Below, piece by piece: positions 10,938-21,550 of a stretch of DNA of 64,000 bases. A program made the translations under genes and the position numbers. The notes beneath the pieces are model-generated. The model was not told where the DNA came from. It saw nothing but the letters and a program-made list of their open reading frames with translations, and searched no databases. The stretch's first letter is position 1, and every line of letters begins with the position of its first letter. The stretch is from Algoriphagus sp. GTDB lineage: Bacteria > Bacteroidota > Bacteroidia > Cytophagales > Cyclobacteriaceae. Location of the stretch: positions 39,933 to 103,932 of the forward strand of contig JAKFCO010000011.1 in assembly GCA_036676605.1 (NCBI GenBank), read 5' to 3'.

Positions 10938-12641
10938 ATGCAAAAACGATCCAGCCTGCGCCTGACCCTGAGTTTGCTCATTTTTATAGCATTCTACTCG
11001 CTCCCTTTTTTCTCACTTGCCCAAGGTTCCTACATCCCTTATGACCGGGATTACTATCATCGAATCGAGCGCTATGAAATCCTCCAAGGCAAAACCAACC
11101 CCTTTTTCAACACCGGCTACAAACCTCAAAGAAGAGATCTTGTGGCTAAATTCCTGGATAGCCTGGCCCTGGATTCAGCGGTGATTCGATCCCGGGTGGA
11201 TCAATTCAACCTCCAATTTCTGGCTCAGGACAACTGGGAATTTGTGGAGCAGGAAACCGAGATTTCGAAGAACCCATTTTTGAAAGCTCTGTACAAAAGA
11301 CCAGGCGACTTCACTTATTACAACAGCGACGAATTTGATATTCATGTCAATCCGGTCCTCTATATGAATGGAGGTATCGAAACCGACAATGACCGGAATA
11401 GGAACAGATTAACCAGGGGAGTAGCTATCAGAGGATCCGTTGACAAGAAAGTTGGGTTCTACACCTATCTGACTTCATCAGATGGATTTTTTCCGAGTTG
11501 GGTTAAGAACTATGCGGAATACAACGGGGCAGTTCCGGGAGAGGGATTTTGGAAAGAATATGAAACTGACGGCTACAGCTATTTTTCAGCCCTGGGGCAT
11601 GTGAATTTTCACCTTACCAAACACATCGAAGCACAGGTGGGTCACGATCGGAATTTCGTCGGAGAGGGCTATCGCTCCTTTTTACTTTCGGACTTTTCCA
11701 ATCCTTACATGTTCGTCAAGTTCAACACCAAAGTCTGGAAGTTTCAGCTGACCAACTTGTGGACCCAGATGACTGCCGATGTTTTTTATAACCGGGGCAG
11801 GCCAACTGACGGAAAATATCCTCAGAAGTATTTCTCATTCCACCGCCTGGGATTCAATGTGGGCAAAAAGCTGAACCTGGGTTTTTATGAATCCGTGATG
11901 ACAGACAAGATTGACTTCAATTATTTCAATCCATTTGTCTTCTTCCGATGGGTAGAGCAGCAGCAAGGTTCTCCGGATAAAGTCATGTTGGGAATCGATT
12001 ACAAGTGGCTTGTTTATCCCGGAATGGAACTCTACGGTCAGTTTGCCCTGGATGAGTTTGTCTTTGAAGAATTCTTCGGAATCAGCGGAGAGGGATCCAA
12101 GCGAAATAAATATGGAGTTCAGCTTGGCTACAAATACATCAATGTCTTTGGAGTCTCGAATCTGGATTTTCAATTTGAATGGAATCAGGCAAGACCTTAT
12201 GCTTTTCAGGAAAAGACGGACTACCAATCTTACTCCAACTGGCGCACACCTCTGACCCATCCTCGCGGCGCAAACTTCCGGGAGTTTGTCGGAATCATCA
12301 GATATCAGCCGATCCCAAAACTCAATCTTACCCTGTCCGGGATGTATCAGTTATTTGGAACTGACGAAGATGCTGTAACCAACTGGGGTGGCGATGTGCT
12401 GAAAAACAGACTGGTTGGAAGTCCGACTGGATTGTATAATAACTTCATTGGTCAGGGAGTGGAAAATCAGGTTATCCAATCAAATCTGAATGCCAGCTAT
12501 ATGCTGAAGCATAATTTCTTCATCGATGCGACCCATACTTTCCGCAGGAGAACAGCCGAAGATCTGGACAGCCCGGAAGTCAACCAACTTGTACAATTAG
12601 GGATTCGATGGAACTTCCTGAGACCGGATTACAATTACTAA
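10938..12641 (+). CDS. Outer membrane beta-barrel protein, Wzi/RemB-like
   Basis: Signal peptide, aromatic-rich strands, GHDRNFVGEGYRSFLLSD motif. Confidence 0.55.
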   Translation: MQKRSSLRLTLSLLIFIAFYSLPFFSLAQGSYIPYDRDYYHRIERYEILQGKTNPFFNTGYKPQRRDLVAKFLDSLALDSAVIRSRVDQFNLQFLAQDNWEFVEQETEISKNPFLKALYKRPGDFTYYNSDEFDIHVNPVLYMNGGIETDNDRNRNRLTRGVAIRGSVDKKVGFYTYLTSSDGFFPSWVKNYAEYNGAVPGEGFWKEYETDGYSYFSALGHVNFHLTKHIEAQVGHDRNFVGEGYRSFLLSDFSNPYMFVKFNTKVWKFQLTNLWTQMTADVFYNRGRPTDGKYPQKYFSFHRLGFNVGKKLNLGFYESVMTDKIDFNYFNPFVFFRWVEQQQGSPDKVMLGIDYKWLVYPGMELYGQFALDEFVFEEFFGISGEGSKRNKYGVQLGYKYINVFGVSNLDFQFEWNQARPYAFQEKTDYQSYSNWRTPLTHPRGANFREFVGIIRYQPIPKLNLTLSGMYQLFGTDEDAVTNWGGDVLKNRLVGSPTGLYNNFIGQGVENQVIQSNLNASYMLKHNFFIDATHTFRRRTAEDLDSPEVNQLVQLGIRWNFLRPDYNY

Positions 12642-12699
12642 AAAATCCCGCGAGCGCAATTTTGCGTAACTTCGCGGCCTATTTACCGAATACTCTGTC

Positions 12700-14532
12700 A
12701 TGAAGACCTATCTGCGAATTCTTTCCTACGCAAAGCCTTATGGAAAATTCGTTCCTGTATATGTGATTTATGCCTTTCTGGCAATCGTTTTTGGCTTGCT
12801 CAATTTCACTTTGCTCAAGCCGCTGTTCGATGTGATCTTCGAGCAGGTCGATCCCGCAGGACTTGTTCAATATCAGGAAAAGCCTTCGTTCAGCTTTTCC
12901 GTTGGTTATTTCACACATTTGTTCAACCATACATTTCTGGAGATCTCTGAGGCTTATGGCAAAATGGGCACGCTTTACTTTGTTTGCGGCATCATCGTGC
13001 TCTCAGTTTTCCTCTCCAATCTTTTCGCCTACCTCTCCGGAGTGGTTTTGGCCAATGTGAGAGCAGTCGTGATCAAGCGGATGCGAATGGATATTTTCCG
13101 ACAGGTAAGCACTTTACACATCGGGTATTTCTCCAATGAACGCAAGGGCGATCTGATGTCTAAAATGACCAACGACGTGCAGGAAGTGGAAAACACCATT
13201 GTGCAGTCGCTGAGAGTAGTTTTTCGGGAACCTGCCACAATCATTCTTTATTTCGCAGTGCTGTTTTTTATGTCGGTCAAACTGACACTTTTCACCATCC
13301 TGATCATCCCGATTTCGGGTGCGATCATAGGCGGGATCACTAGAAAATTGAAGAAAAAAGCGGTGCAAAGTCAGCAGTCGCTCGGAAGAATTGTCAACAT
13401 TCTCGATGAAACCCTCGGCGGAATGCGAGTGATCAAAGCCTTCAATGCGGAGCGATTTATGACCGGCAAGTTTGACACAGAGACGGATTATTATGCCGAT
13501 GTCAATGTGAACATGGCCCGTAAAAATGAACTCGCCTCTCCTATTTCTCAGTTTATGGGCGTTTTTGTAGTCGCCGGAATCCTCGTTTACGGAGGAAGTA
13601 TGGTCCTCAGCGGTGAGTCTGATCTCAGCGCTTCTGACTTCATCACCTACATCATTATTTTCACCCAAGTACTAAATCCTGCCAAAGAAATCTCCCGTGC
13701 GGTCAGCAGCATTCAGCGGGGAATTGCCTCGGCAGAGCGGATTTTCGAAGTGGTCGATACGACTTCACAGATCAAGTCTCCGGCGGTAGCAAAGCCATTG
13801 AAAAGGTTCGAAAATTCAATTGTCTTCGATCATGTAAGCTTTGCCTATCAGGATCAGAAAGTATTGAACAACATCAATTTCGAACTGAAAGCCGGAAAAA
13901 CCATCGCCCTTGTCGGCCCTTCCGGTGGCGGAAAATCCACATTAGCGGATCTGGTTCCGAGATTCTACGATCCTACCGAAGGCAAAATCCTTCTCGATGG
14001 CATCGATATCCGGGAGTTTGAGGTGCATAATCTCCGCGAACTCATGGGAATTGTGACTCAGGAATCCATCCTCTTCAACGATACCATATTTAACAACATC
14101 GCCTTCGGAATCGAGGACGCGACAGAAGAGCAAGTGATCGAAGCTGCGAAAATCGCCAACGCTCACAACTTCATCGTACAAATGGATGGTGGTTACCAAA
14201 GCTCCATAGGCGAGCGGGGATCCAAGCTTTCCGGAGGTCAAAGACAAAGAATCAGTATCGCCCGGGCTGTACTGAAAAATCCTCCCATCTTAATCCTGGA
14301 TGAAGCTACTTCCGCCCTGGATTCTGAATCTGAATTGCTGGTGCAGGAAGCGCTGACCAAGCTGATGGATAATCGTACGACTCTGGTGATTGCGCATAGG
14401 CTGAGTACAATTCAGCACGCAGACGAGATTTTGGTAATCGAGCGCGGGGAAATCGTGCAACGAGGAACACACGCCGAACTCAATCAGATCGAGGGTCTTT
14501 ACCAGAAGCTTTCCAGTATTCAGTCGGTTTAG
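12700..14532 (+). CDS. ABC transporter ATP-binding/permease, MsbA-like
   Basis: TM domain plus GPSGGGKST, LSGGQRQR, ILDEAT, IAHRL. Confidence 0.92.
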   Translation: MKTYLRILSYAKPYGKFVPVYVIYAFLAIVFGLLNFTLLKPLFDVIFEQVDPAGLVQYQEKPSFSFSVGYFTHLFNHTFLEISEAYGKMGTLYFVCGIIVLSVFLSNLFAYLSGVVLANVRAVVIKRMRMDIFRQVSTLHIGYFSNERKGDLMSKMTNDVQEVENTIVQSLRVVFREPATIILYFAVLFFMSVKLTLFTILIIPISGAIIGGITRKLKKKAVQSQQSLGRIVNILDETLGGMRVIKAFNAERFMTGKFDTETDYYADVNVNMARKNELASPISQFMGVFVVAGILVYGGSMVLSGESDLSASDFITYIIIFTQVLNPAKEISRAVSSIQRGIASAERIFEVVDTTSQIKSPAVAKPLKRFENSIVFDHVSFAYQDQKVLNNINFELKAGKTIALVGPSGGGKSTLADLVPRFYDPTEGKILLDGIDIREFEVHNLRELMGIVTQESILFNDTIFNNIAFGIEDATEEQVIEAAKIANAHNFIVQMDGGYQSSIGERGSKLSGGQRQRISIARAVLKNPPILILDEATSALDSESELLVQEALTKLMDNRTTLVIAHRLSTIQHADEILVIERGEIVQRGTHAELNQIEGLYQKLSSIQSV

Positions 14533-14653
14533 GTATATTTAGAGAACTAATTAATAATCGTATGAAATCAAGCATGACGCAAGCGACCCAAATTGGAATG
14601 ATTATGGGCCATGCGAGATTCCATATGGCCTTAAAAAATCAAATTACAATCAT

Positions 14654-15028
14654 ATGAAAAAGCTACATCAAATCCTGCAAATTGTCTTATTGGTCTATTT
14701 TGGGGCTTTTTTAATCTTTTTCCTGGGTTTTAGCTCCTTAGGCGGCATGTTTGGAATGGAGGAAATCACCGCTGATGCGATGATCACGGTTTTCCTGATC
14801 GGCGCTGTCATATTCCTCATTACCTGGGGCACGAGCTCTATGACGATGAAGGGAATGAACGAACAAATGAGCAAAAGAGAAATTGAAATGAATACTCTGA
14901 AAGCAAAACTGTATGACTTTGAACATCAAAAAACGACTCAGGTACCGCCTGCTTCTGTACCCCGAACCACCAAACCCGGGGAGTCGGATCAGAGTAATAT
15001 CGCAAAGCGACAGAATATCACGAATTGA
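14654..15028 (+). CDS. Hypothetical membrane protein (2 TM + coiled coil)
   Basis: Two hydrophobic segments then a coiled coil; followed by a terminator. Confidence 0.7.
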   Translation: MKKLHQILQIVLLVYFGAFLIFFLGFSSLGGMFGMEEITADAMITVFLIGAVIFLITWGTSSMTMKGMNEQMSKREIEMNTLKAKLYDFEHQKTTQVPPASVPRTTKPGESDQSNIAKRQNITN

Positions 15029-15048
15029 AAAATTTCAGATTGACATTG

Positions 15049-15076
15049 AAAAGGAAGCTCGAAAGGCTTCCTTTTT
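15049..15076 (+). terminator. Intrinsic terminator
   Basis: AAAAGGAAGC-7nt-GCTTCCTTTTT. Confidence 0.75.
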
Positions 15077-15272
15077 GTTTTCTGAAAGTCACAGAAAGTA
15101 TATTCCTTTCCTTCCGTAGGAACACGCCAATTCAAAAAATCAAATTCTACCAACCAGATGGCTTCCCGGTACAAATCCTTCCAAACAAAATAATCCCAAT
15201 TAATAAAGATTTAATTTTCTCAAACTACTATATTCAAGATACCAAGCTGGTTCCTTTTTTTTTTTCATTTAT

Positions 15273-16811
15273 ATGGTCGCAAAAACTTTTGGAAGTGCAG
15301 TATCCGGTGTGGATGCAAATCTAATCACCATCGAAGTCAACGTGGGTCAGGGAACCAGCTTTTTTATGGTGGGTTTGCCGGACAGCGCAGTCAAAGAATC
15401 CCAGCAACGTGTGGAATCTGCCCTGAAATATTTCGGCTACCGAATGCCCCGACAGAAAGTTGTCATCAACCTCGCTCCTGCTGACGTCCGAAAGGAAGGT
15501 TCAGCCTACGATCTCCCCATTGCAATGGGAATTCTCCAGGCTTCCGAACAGGTGGATTTCCCTACACTTGGAGAATATGTAATCATGGGCGAACTCTCGC
15601 TCGACGGGAGTCTTCGCCCGATCAAAGGTGTATTACCCATCGCCATCGAAGCCCGAAAGCGGGGTTTCAAAGGTTTTATCCTTCCGATGGAAAATGCCAA
15701 AGAGGCCTCCATCGTCAATAATCTTGACATCATCGCCGTGGACACGGTGCAAAATGCCATTCTATTTCTTCAGGGAGATTTGGTCATCGAGCCGCTCGTG
15801 ACCGACACCCGGGAGATTTTTTACGATTCCCTGGATCATATCGAATTCGACTTTGCCGATGTGCAAGGCCAGGAAAATATCAAACGTGCGATGGAAATCG
15901 CCGCCGCCGGAGGTCATAATGTGATCATGATCGGGCCTCCGGGAGCAGGCAAAACCATGCTTGCCAAGCGACTCCCCTCTATTCTTCCTCCTCTTTCTCT
16001 GGTGGAAGCATTGGAGACCACCAAGATTCACTCAGTTGCCGGCAAACTCGGAAAAAATGGTTCTCTGATGGCTCACCGCCCTTTTCGAAGTCCGCACCAT
16101 ACGATTTCGGATGTGGCTCTTGTTGGCGGTGGAGGAAATCCCCAACCCGGAGAAATCTCCCTGGCACATAACGGAGTACTTTTTCTGGATGAATTACCTG
16201 AATTCAAGCGGGCCGTCCTCGAAGTGATGCGTCAACCGCTGGAAGAGCGGAAAGTAACGATCTCAAGGGCCAAAGTTTCAGTGGACTATCCAGCCAACTT
16301 TATGCTGATTGCGAGTATGAATCCATGTCCTTGCGGATATTACAATCATCCGGACAAAGAATGTGTCTGCGGCCCGGGCATCGTGCAGCGCTATCTGAAC
16401 AAGGTTTCCGGTCCGCTGCTGGATCGCATCGATCTGCATGTGGAAGTGACTCCGGTGAAATTTGACGAGATGACCTCCACCCGCAAAACCGAATCCAGCA
16501 AATCTATCCGCGAGCGGGTGATCCGCGGAAGGGAGAGACAAGTGGAGCGATTCAAAGACAACCCGGAAGTCTTCTGCAATGCCATGATGCCTTCCCATCT
16601 CGTGAAGGAAGTCTGCCAAATCAATGATGCCGGTAAGGCCCTGCTCAAAACTGCTATGGAACGGCTTGGCCTTTCTGCCCGAGCTTACGATCGAATCCTG
16701 AAAGTTGCCCGCACCATCGCCGATATCTCAGGAAGCGAAACCATCAAAGTTGAGCATCTCGCCGAAGCGATTCAGTACAGGAGTTTGGATAGAGAAGGAT
16801 GGGCGGGGTGA
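15273..16811 (+). CDS. comM: YifB/ComM Mg-chelatase-like AAA+ ATPase
   Basis: INLAPADVRKEGSAYDLPIA, GPPGAGKT, LFLDELPEF, MNPCPCG, SGPLLDRID. Confidence 0.95.
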   Translation: MVAKTFGSAVSGVDANLITIEVNVGQGTSFFMVGLPDSAVKESQQRVESALKYFGYRMPRQKVVINLAPADVRKEGSAYDLPIAMGILQASEQVDFPTLGEYVIMGELSLDGSLRPIKGVLPIAIEARKRGFKGFILPMENAKEASIVNNLDIIAVDTVQNAILFLQGDLVIEPLVTDTREIFYDSLDHIEFDFADVQGQENIKRAMEIAAAGGHNVIMIGPPGAGKTMLAKRLPSILPPLSLVEALETTKIHSVAGKLGKNGSLMAHRPFRSPHHTISDVALVGGGGNPQPGEISLAHNGVLFLDELPEFKRAVLEVMRQPLEERKVTISRAKVSVDYPANFMLIASMNPCPCGYYNHPDKECVCGPGIVQRYLNKVSGPLLDRIDLHVEVTPVKFDEMTSTRKTESSKSIRERVIRGRERQVERFKDNPEVFCNAMMPSHLVKEVCQINDAGKALLKTAMERLGLSARAYDRILKVARTIADISGSETIKVEHLAEAIQYRSLDREGWAG

Positions 16812-16827
16812 GAATGGAGGATTAGAA

Positions 16828-17733
16828 ATGGAGAATGAAGAAATAGAAAATAGGATTCAAACGATCCGTGGTATCCAGGTGATGCTGGATAGTGATTTGG
16901 CTGAACTCTATCAGGTAGAAGTAAAAGTCTTGAACCAGGCTGTAGGAAGAAACCTAAATCGATTTCCTGAAAATTTTAGATTCCAGCTTGAAGAAAATGA
17001 TTTTCAAATCTTAAAATCATCCTCAAAGAACCTAGTCCATTCTTTAAGGTCACAAATTGTGACCTTAAAGAATGGCCGTGGCAAACACAGAAAATATCTT
17101 CCATACGCCTTTACTGAACAGGGCGTAGCCATGCTTTCAGCAGTTTTGAGAAGTGAAATAGCGGTCCAAGTCAGTATCCAAATCATGCAGGCGTTTGTCT
17201 CCATGCGTAAGTTCCTCTTGCAAAATGCCTCGGTTTTCCAGCGTCTTGATCATTTGGAACTGAACCAATTTCAAACCGATGAAAAAATTGAGCGGATTTT
17301 CAAGGCACTTGAAGTCAGTCAACCAGCTTTTGACATGGGGATTTTCTTTGACGGGCAGGTTTTTGATGCCTATACCTTTGTAGCTGACTTGATCAAAAAA
17401 GCACAAAAGGAGATTATTCTGATAGACAATTACGTGGACGAATCGGTTCTAACCTTGCTGACCAAACGTGCCAAAGAAGTGCAAGCGACTATTTATACCA
17501 AAAGCATCAGCAAATCCTTCCAATTGGATCTGGAGAAGCATCATGCCCAATATCCAGAAATACAGGTAAAAACCTTTACACAAAGTCATGATCGCTTTTT
17601 GCTGATTGACGGAAAGGAACTTTACCATATCGGTGCCTCACTAAAAGACTTGGGCAAAAAATGGTTTGCCTTCTCACGAATGGATAGCATGGCGGAGGTT
17701 GTATTGTCGCAATTAAACCAAGAGATTAGATGA
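16828..17733 (+). CDS. ORF6N domain DNA-binding protein with C-terminal PLD-like (HDRF) domain
   Basis: [28 protein letters not shown]-terminal HDRFLLID...HIGASLKDLGKK; start moved to 16828. Confidence 0.85.
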   Translation: MENEEIENRIQTIRGIQVMLDSDLAELYQVEVKVLNQAVGRNLNRFPENFRFQLEENDFQILKSSSKNLVHSLRSQIVTLKNGRGKHRKYLPYAFTEQGVAMLSAVLRSEIAVQVSIQIMQAFVSMRKFLLQNASVFQRLDHLELNQFQTDEKIERIFKALEVSQPAFDMGIFFDGQVFDAYTFVADLIKKAQKEIILIDNYVDESVLTLLTKRAKEVQATIYTKSISKSFQLDLEKHHAQYPEIQVKTFTQSHDRFLLIDGKELYHIGASLKDLGKKWFAFSRMDSMAEVVLSQLNQEIR

Positions 17734-17821
17734 AAGAGTTGGAGAAATTTTTGGTTGAAAACAGCAATTTTATCACCTAACTACACCTCCAATATTTAAA
17801 AAAGATTACCGGAATAATCAG

Positions 17822-17894
17822 GCGATTAAATTCGCCCACTTTGACCAAATCAATTCAATATCGAAACTTGGATCAAGAAGGCTGGGCGGGGTAG
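17822..17894 (+). repeat. Degenerate copy 2 of the comM 3' end
   Basis: Translates (one frameshift) AIKFAHLTKSIQYRNLDQEGWAG* versus comM TIKVEHLAEAIQYRSLDREGWAG*. Confidence 0.85.
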
Positions 17895-17920
17895 GAATTG
17901 AGAATTAGAAATGAAGAATT

Positions 17921-18088
17921 ATGAATAAATTCCTGCTTTATAAAAATGAAGTTGGTGAGACCCGGGTTGAGGTCTTACTTCAGGAGCAAACTGTTTGGCT
18001 GACTCAGAAAGCGATTGCTGTGCTTTTCGATAAAAATCGGCCAGTAATCACTAAGCACATTAAGAATATTTTTGAGACTTATGCTTAG
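17921..18088 (+). pseudogene. Truncated RhuM-family protein (55 aa)
   Basis: ETRVEVLLQEQTVWLTQKAIAVLFDKNRPVITKHIKNIF matches the RhuM N-terminal pattern; early stop. Confidence 0.75.
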
Positions 18089-18145
18089 AAGACAAAACCC
18101 AATTCAGTAACGCAACAAATCAATTGCATTTGATAACCTATAATT

Positions 18146-18476
18146 ATGAATGATCAAGGTAAAACCAAAGAGGAACTTATACAAAGAGTTACAAGAATTA
18201 CAGCAAGAGAATAATTTCTTAACGGCATTATACGATGAAGACAACACTGATCGCAAACGGGCAGTGCAAGAATTAATCATTGCTAACAAAGAACTTCACT
18301 TTCAAAATGAAGAGAAAGAAAAACAGGTAGCTGCAAATAAAGAACTCGAATCATTCAGCTATTCTGTCTCTCACGATCTGCAGGCACCCATAAGACACAT
18401 TGGTGGTTTTGGTGGTTTTGTTGATTTACTGATTAAAAATAATCCATCTCAACTCGACAAGGCAGGGTTAAGATAA
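18146..18476 (+). pseudogene. Relic of a PAS sensor histidine kinase
   Basis: MNDQGKTKEEL start with a frameshift, ELIIANKELHFQNEEKEK coil, HisKA ELESFSYSVSHDLQAP, then truncated. Confidence 0.75.
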
Positions 18477-18496
18477 TTGAAAATAAACAGAAAGCT

Positions 18497-20077
18497 ATGA
18501 ACATTTCACCATTGAAATCTCTACCAAACCTTCTTATTGTTGACGATGACACTTTGCAACTGACATTCCTCGAAACTGCCCTTAGAAAGCTCAAAGTTAA
18601 TCTGATTAAAGCCGAATCGGGTTTTGATGCGTTGGAAAAAACCAAGGGACTGGAACTGGCGCTGGCAATAATCGATGTCCAGATGCCCAAAATGAACGGC
18701 TATGAACTTGCATTGAAGTTGATTGAAGAAAGATCGGCGGTGAAGGTGCCAATAATTTTTATTACGGCAAGCTATGTAAATGAAATACAAGTTATAGAAG
18801 GATATGGTTTCGGAGCTGTCGATTACATCACAAAACCAATAAACAATCACATTCTGCTGTATAAAGTCAACGTGTTTCTTGACCTTTTCAATCAGAAACA
18901 GACAATTATCAGGAATGCATCGCTACTGAAAAAATCTGCGGAGGAATTAACCAAGGTCAATGCTACACTTAAAGTAAGCGAGGAAAAATACAGAACAATG
19001 TTAAATGCCTCTCCCGATGGTATTTTATTAACTGACCTGAAAGGGATCATTACCGAGGTTTCTGAAATCGGGCTTGAATTATTTGGAGCCGATACCAGAG
19101 ATTACCTGGTGGGTAAAAAAATTTTCCATTTCGTTCCATCTGAAGAAAAAAACACGATAAAGGAAATAATTGAAAAAACGATAATTGAAGGGCTTACACA
19201 AAATATTGAGTTAAAAATCAAAAAGAAAAACCAATCTTTATTTGCTGGTGAAATGAGTGCCACGTTAATACAGGAACCGGACGGGACGCCCTTATCATTC
19301 ATGATCATCATCCGCGATATTTCCCAACGCAAGATAACAGAGACAAAGCAGATGCATGCTGACCGTATGGCCAACCTTGGAGAAATGGCCTCAGGCATTG
19401 CACATGAAATTAACCAGCCATTAAATATCATTTCTCTGGTAATGGATAAAATTTTAATTGAGTCTGCCAAAACCGAAACTATCGACATCTGTTTCCTTAA
19501 AAATAAATCGGATAAAATTTTTGAAAATATAACCCGGATGAGGAACATCATTGATCATATCAGGGCCTTCTCGAGAAGCCACGATGATTACATATTGACA
19601 GCCTTCGATATTAATTCAAGCATCGAAAATGCCACTTCGATGATAGTGGGACAGTTCAAACATCTTGGAATCAACCTGAATCTTCAACTCGGAAAACAGA
19701 TTTCTCAAATATTTGGCAATACTTATAAATTTGAGCAGGTTATCCTTAATCTGTTGGTCAATGCCAAAGATGCAGTGATCGAAAAGAAAAGCAAAAAGTT
19801 AGAATATGTTGACATGATCATTGGAATCAGATCCTATTCGGAGAATCAGTTTATAATTGTTGAAGTTTCAGATAATGGTATTGGCATCAGTAATGACGAT
19901 GTCAATAATATCATGCTTCCTTTTTATACTTCAAAGGAGGAAGGAAAGGGAACCGGACTCGGGTTATCGATTTGTTACCAGATAATTAAGGAAATGAACG
20001 GAACCATAGAAATAACGAGCAAGAGATATCATGAAACAAAAATTAAAATAGTTTTGGATATTCAAAAGAAAAAGTAA
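18497..20077 (+). CDS. Hybrid REC-PAS-histidine kinase
   Basis: IVDDD/IDVQMP receiver, PAS, LGEMASGIAHEINQPL, QVILNLLVNAKDA, GTGLGLS. Confidence 0.92.
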   Translation: MNISPLKSLPNLLIVDDDTLQLTFLETALRKLKVNLIKAESGFDALEKTKGLELALAIIDVQMPKMNGYELALKLIEERSAVKVPIIFITASYVNEIQVIEGYGFGAVDYITKPINNHILLYKVNVFLDLFNQKQTIIRNASLLKKSAEELTKVNATLKVSEEKYRTMLNASPDGILLTDLKGIITEVSEIGLELFGADTRDYLVGKKIFHFVPSEEKNTIKEIIEKTIIEGLTQNIELKIKKKNQSLFAGEMSATLIQEPDGTPLSFMIIIRDISQRKITETKQMHADRMANLGEMASGIAHEINQPLNIISLVMDKILIESAKTETIDICFLKNKSDKIFENITRMRNIIDHIRAFSRSHDDYILTAFDINSSIENATSMIVGQFKHLGINLNLQLGKQISQIFGNTYKFEQVILNLLVNAKDAVIEKKSKKLEYVDMIIGIRSYSENQFIIVEVSDNGIGISNDDVNNIMLPFYTSKEEGKGTGLGLSICYQIIKEMNGTIEITSKRYHETKIKIVLDIQKKK

Positions 20078-20079
20078 AA

Positions 20080-21471
20080 ATGGAAATCCAAAATAAGATA
20101 AAAATCCTGATCCTTGATGATGAGAAGCAATTCACAGAAGAATTGGGTGGTTTTTTTGTGGGTTCAGACTATGAGGCGTTTGAGGCCAACACAGCAGAGG
20201 AAGGAAAAAAAATACTAAACAAAAATGAAATTGACCTCCTGATCCTTGACGTGCGGTTGCCAGGAGTGAACGGCCTGGATATTCTGAAAGAGGTGAAAAT
20301 TCAATATCCCGGCATGGAAGTCATCATAATTTCCGCTCATGGCGATATGGATACGGTGATCAAAGCCATGCGGCTTGGGGCATTCGATTATTTACGTAAG
20401 CCATTCAGGTATATCGACATTCAGATTGCCATTGCGCGTACCCAAAAATACCTTCAGATGCAACGAAGGCTGAAGAAGACGGAAGAAAAGAACTCATTGA
20501 TCTCAAAAACCCTTGAAGAAAAAATCGACCGCAAATTTATCGGCGTCAGCCCTCAGATTCTGGAGGTATTCGAACATGCCGTCACCGCCGCAAATTACCC
20601 CGAAGCCAATGTGCTGATTACCGGCGAAAGTGGAACCGGAAAAGAGAACATAGCCAGGATCATTCACTATTCAAACGTAAGGAAAGACCATATTTTTTGT
20701 GCCGTTAACAGCAGCGCCATTACAGAAACGCTTCTGGAAAGCGAATTTTTTGGTCATAAAAAGGGATCGTTTACCGGCGCCATCACCGATAAAATGGGTT
20801 ACTTTGAAGTGTGTAACGGAGGTACCCTGTTTCTTGACGAAATCGCAGATATGCCATTAAACCTGCAGGCGAAAATTCTGCGTGCCACGGAAGAAAAGGT
20901 GATCACCAGGGTGGGAGATACAAACCCGATTCATACCGACTTCCGGATCATTTCTGCCACCAATCATAATATTGATAAAAGGGTGGATCAAAAAAAATTC
21001 AGGCTCGACCTTCTTCACCGGCTCAATACACTGCATATACATATCCCCCCCCTCAGAGAAAGGCTAGAAGATATCAAACCCCTGCTGATCCATTTTGTTG
21101 ATGAATATGCTACGAAATTTAATAAACCAAAACTCAATATTTCCAGGGAGGTTTTTGATGCGCTCCTTAAATACGATTTCCCGGGAAATGTAAGGGAATT
21201 GAGAAATTTGACCGAAAGAGCTATCATCCTTTGCAAAGGCAGTTCACTCTCAATAGCTGACTTTCCTATTAAAAACAAAAGGACAGAAATAATAGTACCG
21301 AAAGACGATATGGTCAATCTGAAAACGAATGAGATTAAAATAGTACGAAAAGTACTCCAGGAATGTAAGTACAATCAGAAGCAAGCGTCAGATATGCTAG
21401 GAATAACTCGCGATGCCCTCATCAGGAAAATGAAAAAATACAATATTACCATTAGCAAAAACGAAGGGTAA
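20080..21471 (+). CDS. NtrC-family sigma54-dependent response regulator
   Basis: REC, GESGTGKE, ESEFFGHKKGSFTGA, LFLDEI, C-terminal Fis HTH. Confidence 0.94.
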   Translation: MEIQNKIKILILDDEKQFTEELGGFFVGSDYEAFEANTAEEGKKILNKNEIDLLILDVRLPGVNGLDILKEVKIQYPGMEVIIISAHGDMDTVIKAMRLGAFDYLRKPFRYIDIQIAIARTQKYLQMQRRLKKTEEKNSLISKTLEEKIDRKFIGVSPQILEVFEHAVTAANYPEANVLITGESGTGKENIARIIHYSNVRKDHIFCAVNSSAITETLLESEFFGHKKGSFTGAITDKMGYFEVCNGGTLFLDEIADMPLNLQAKILRATEEKVITRVGDTNPIHTDFRIISATNHNIDKRVDQKKFRLDLLHRLNTLHIHIPPLRERLEDIKPLLIHFVDEYATKFNKPKLNISREVFDALLKYDFPGNVRELRNLTERAIILCKGSSLSIADFPIKNKRTEIIVPKDDMVNLKTNEIKIVRKVLQECKYNQKQASDMLGITRDALIRKMKKYNITISKNEG

Positions 21472-21550
21472 CAGCCCATTTCGGTATAGTAGACAATTTT
21501 GGTTCCACTGGAAATGTTGCGAAAAACACCATAAATTTAAGCGATTTATA

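Noticed and set aside
15025-15324. 99-aa + strand ORF between the membrane protein and comM
   Set aside because: Spans a terminator and an AT-rich promoter region and overlaps the comM start
16705-16827. 41-aa N-terminal extension of ORF6N in the ORF track
   Set aside because: Overlaps the comM 3' end; the paralog at 40469 starts at the position equivalent to 16828
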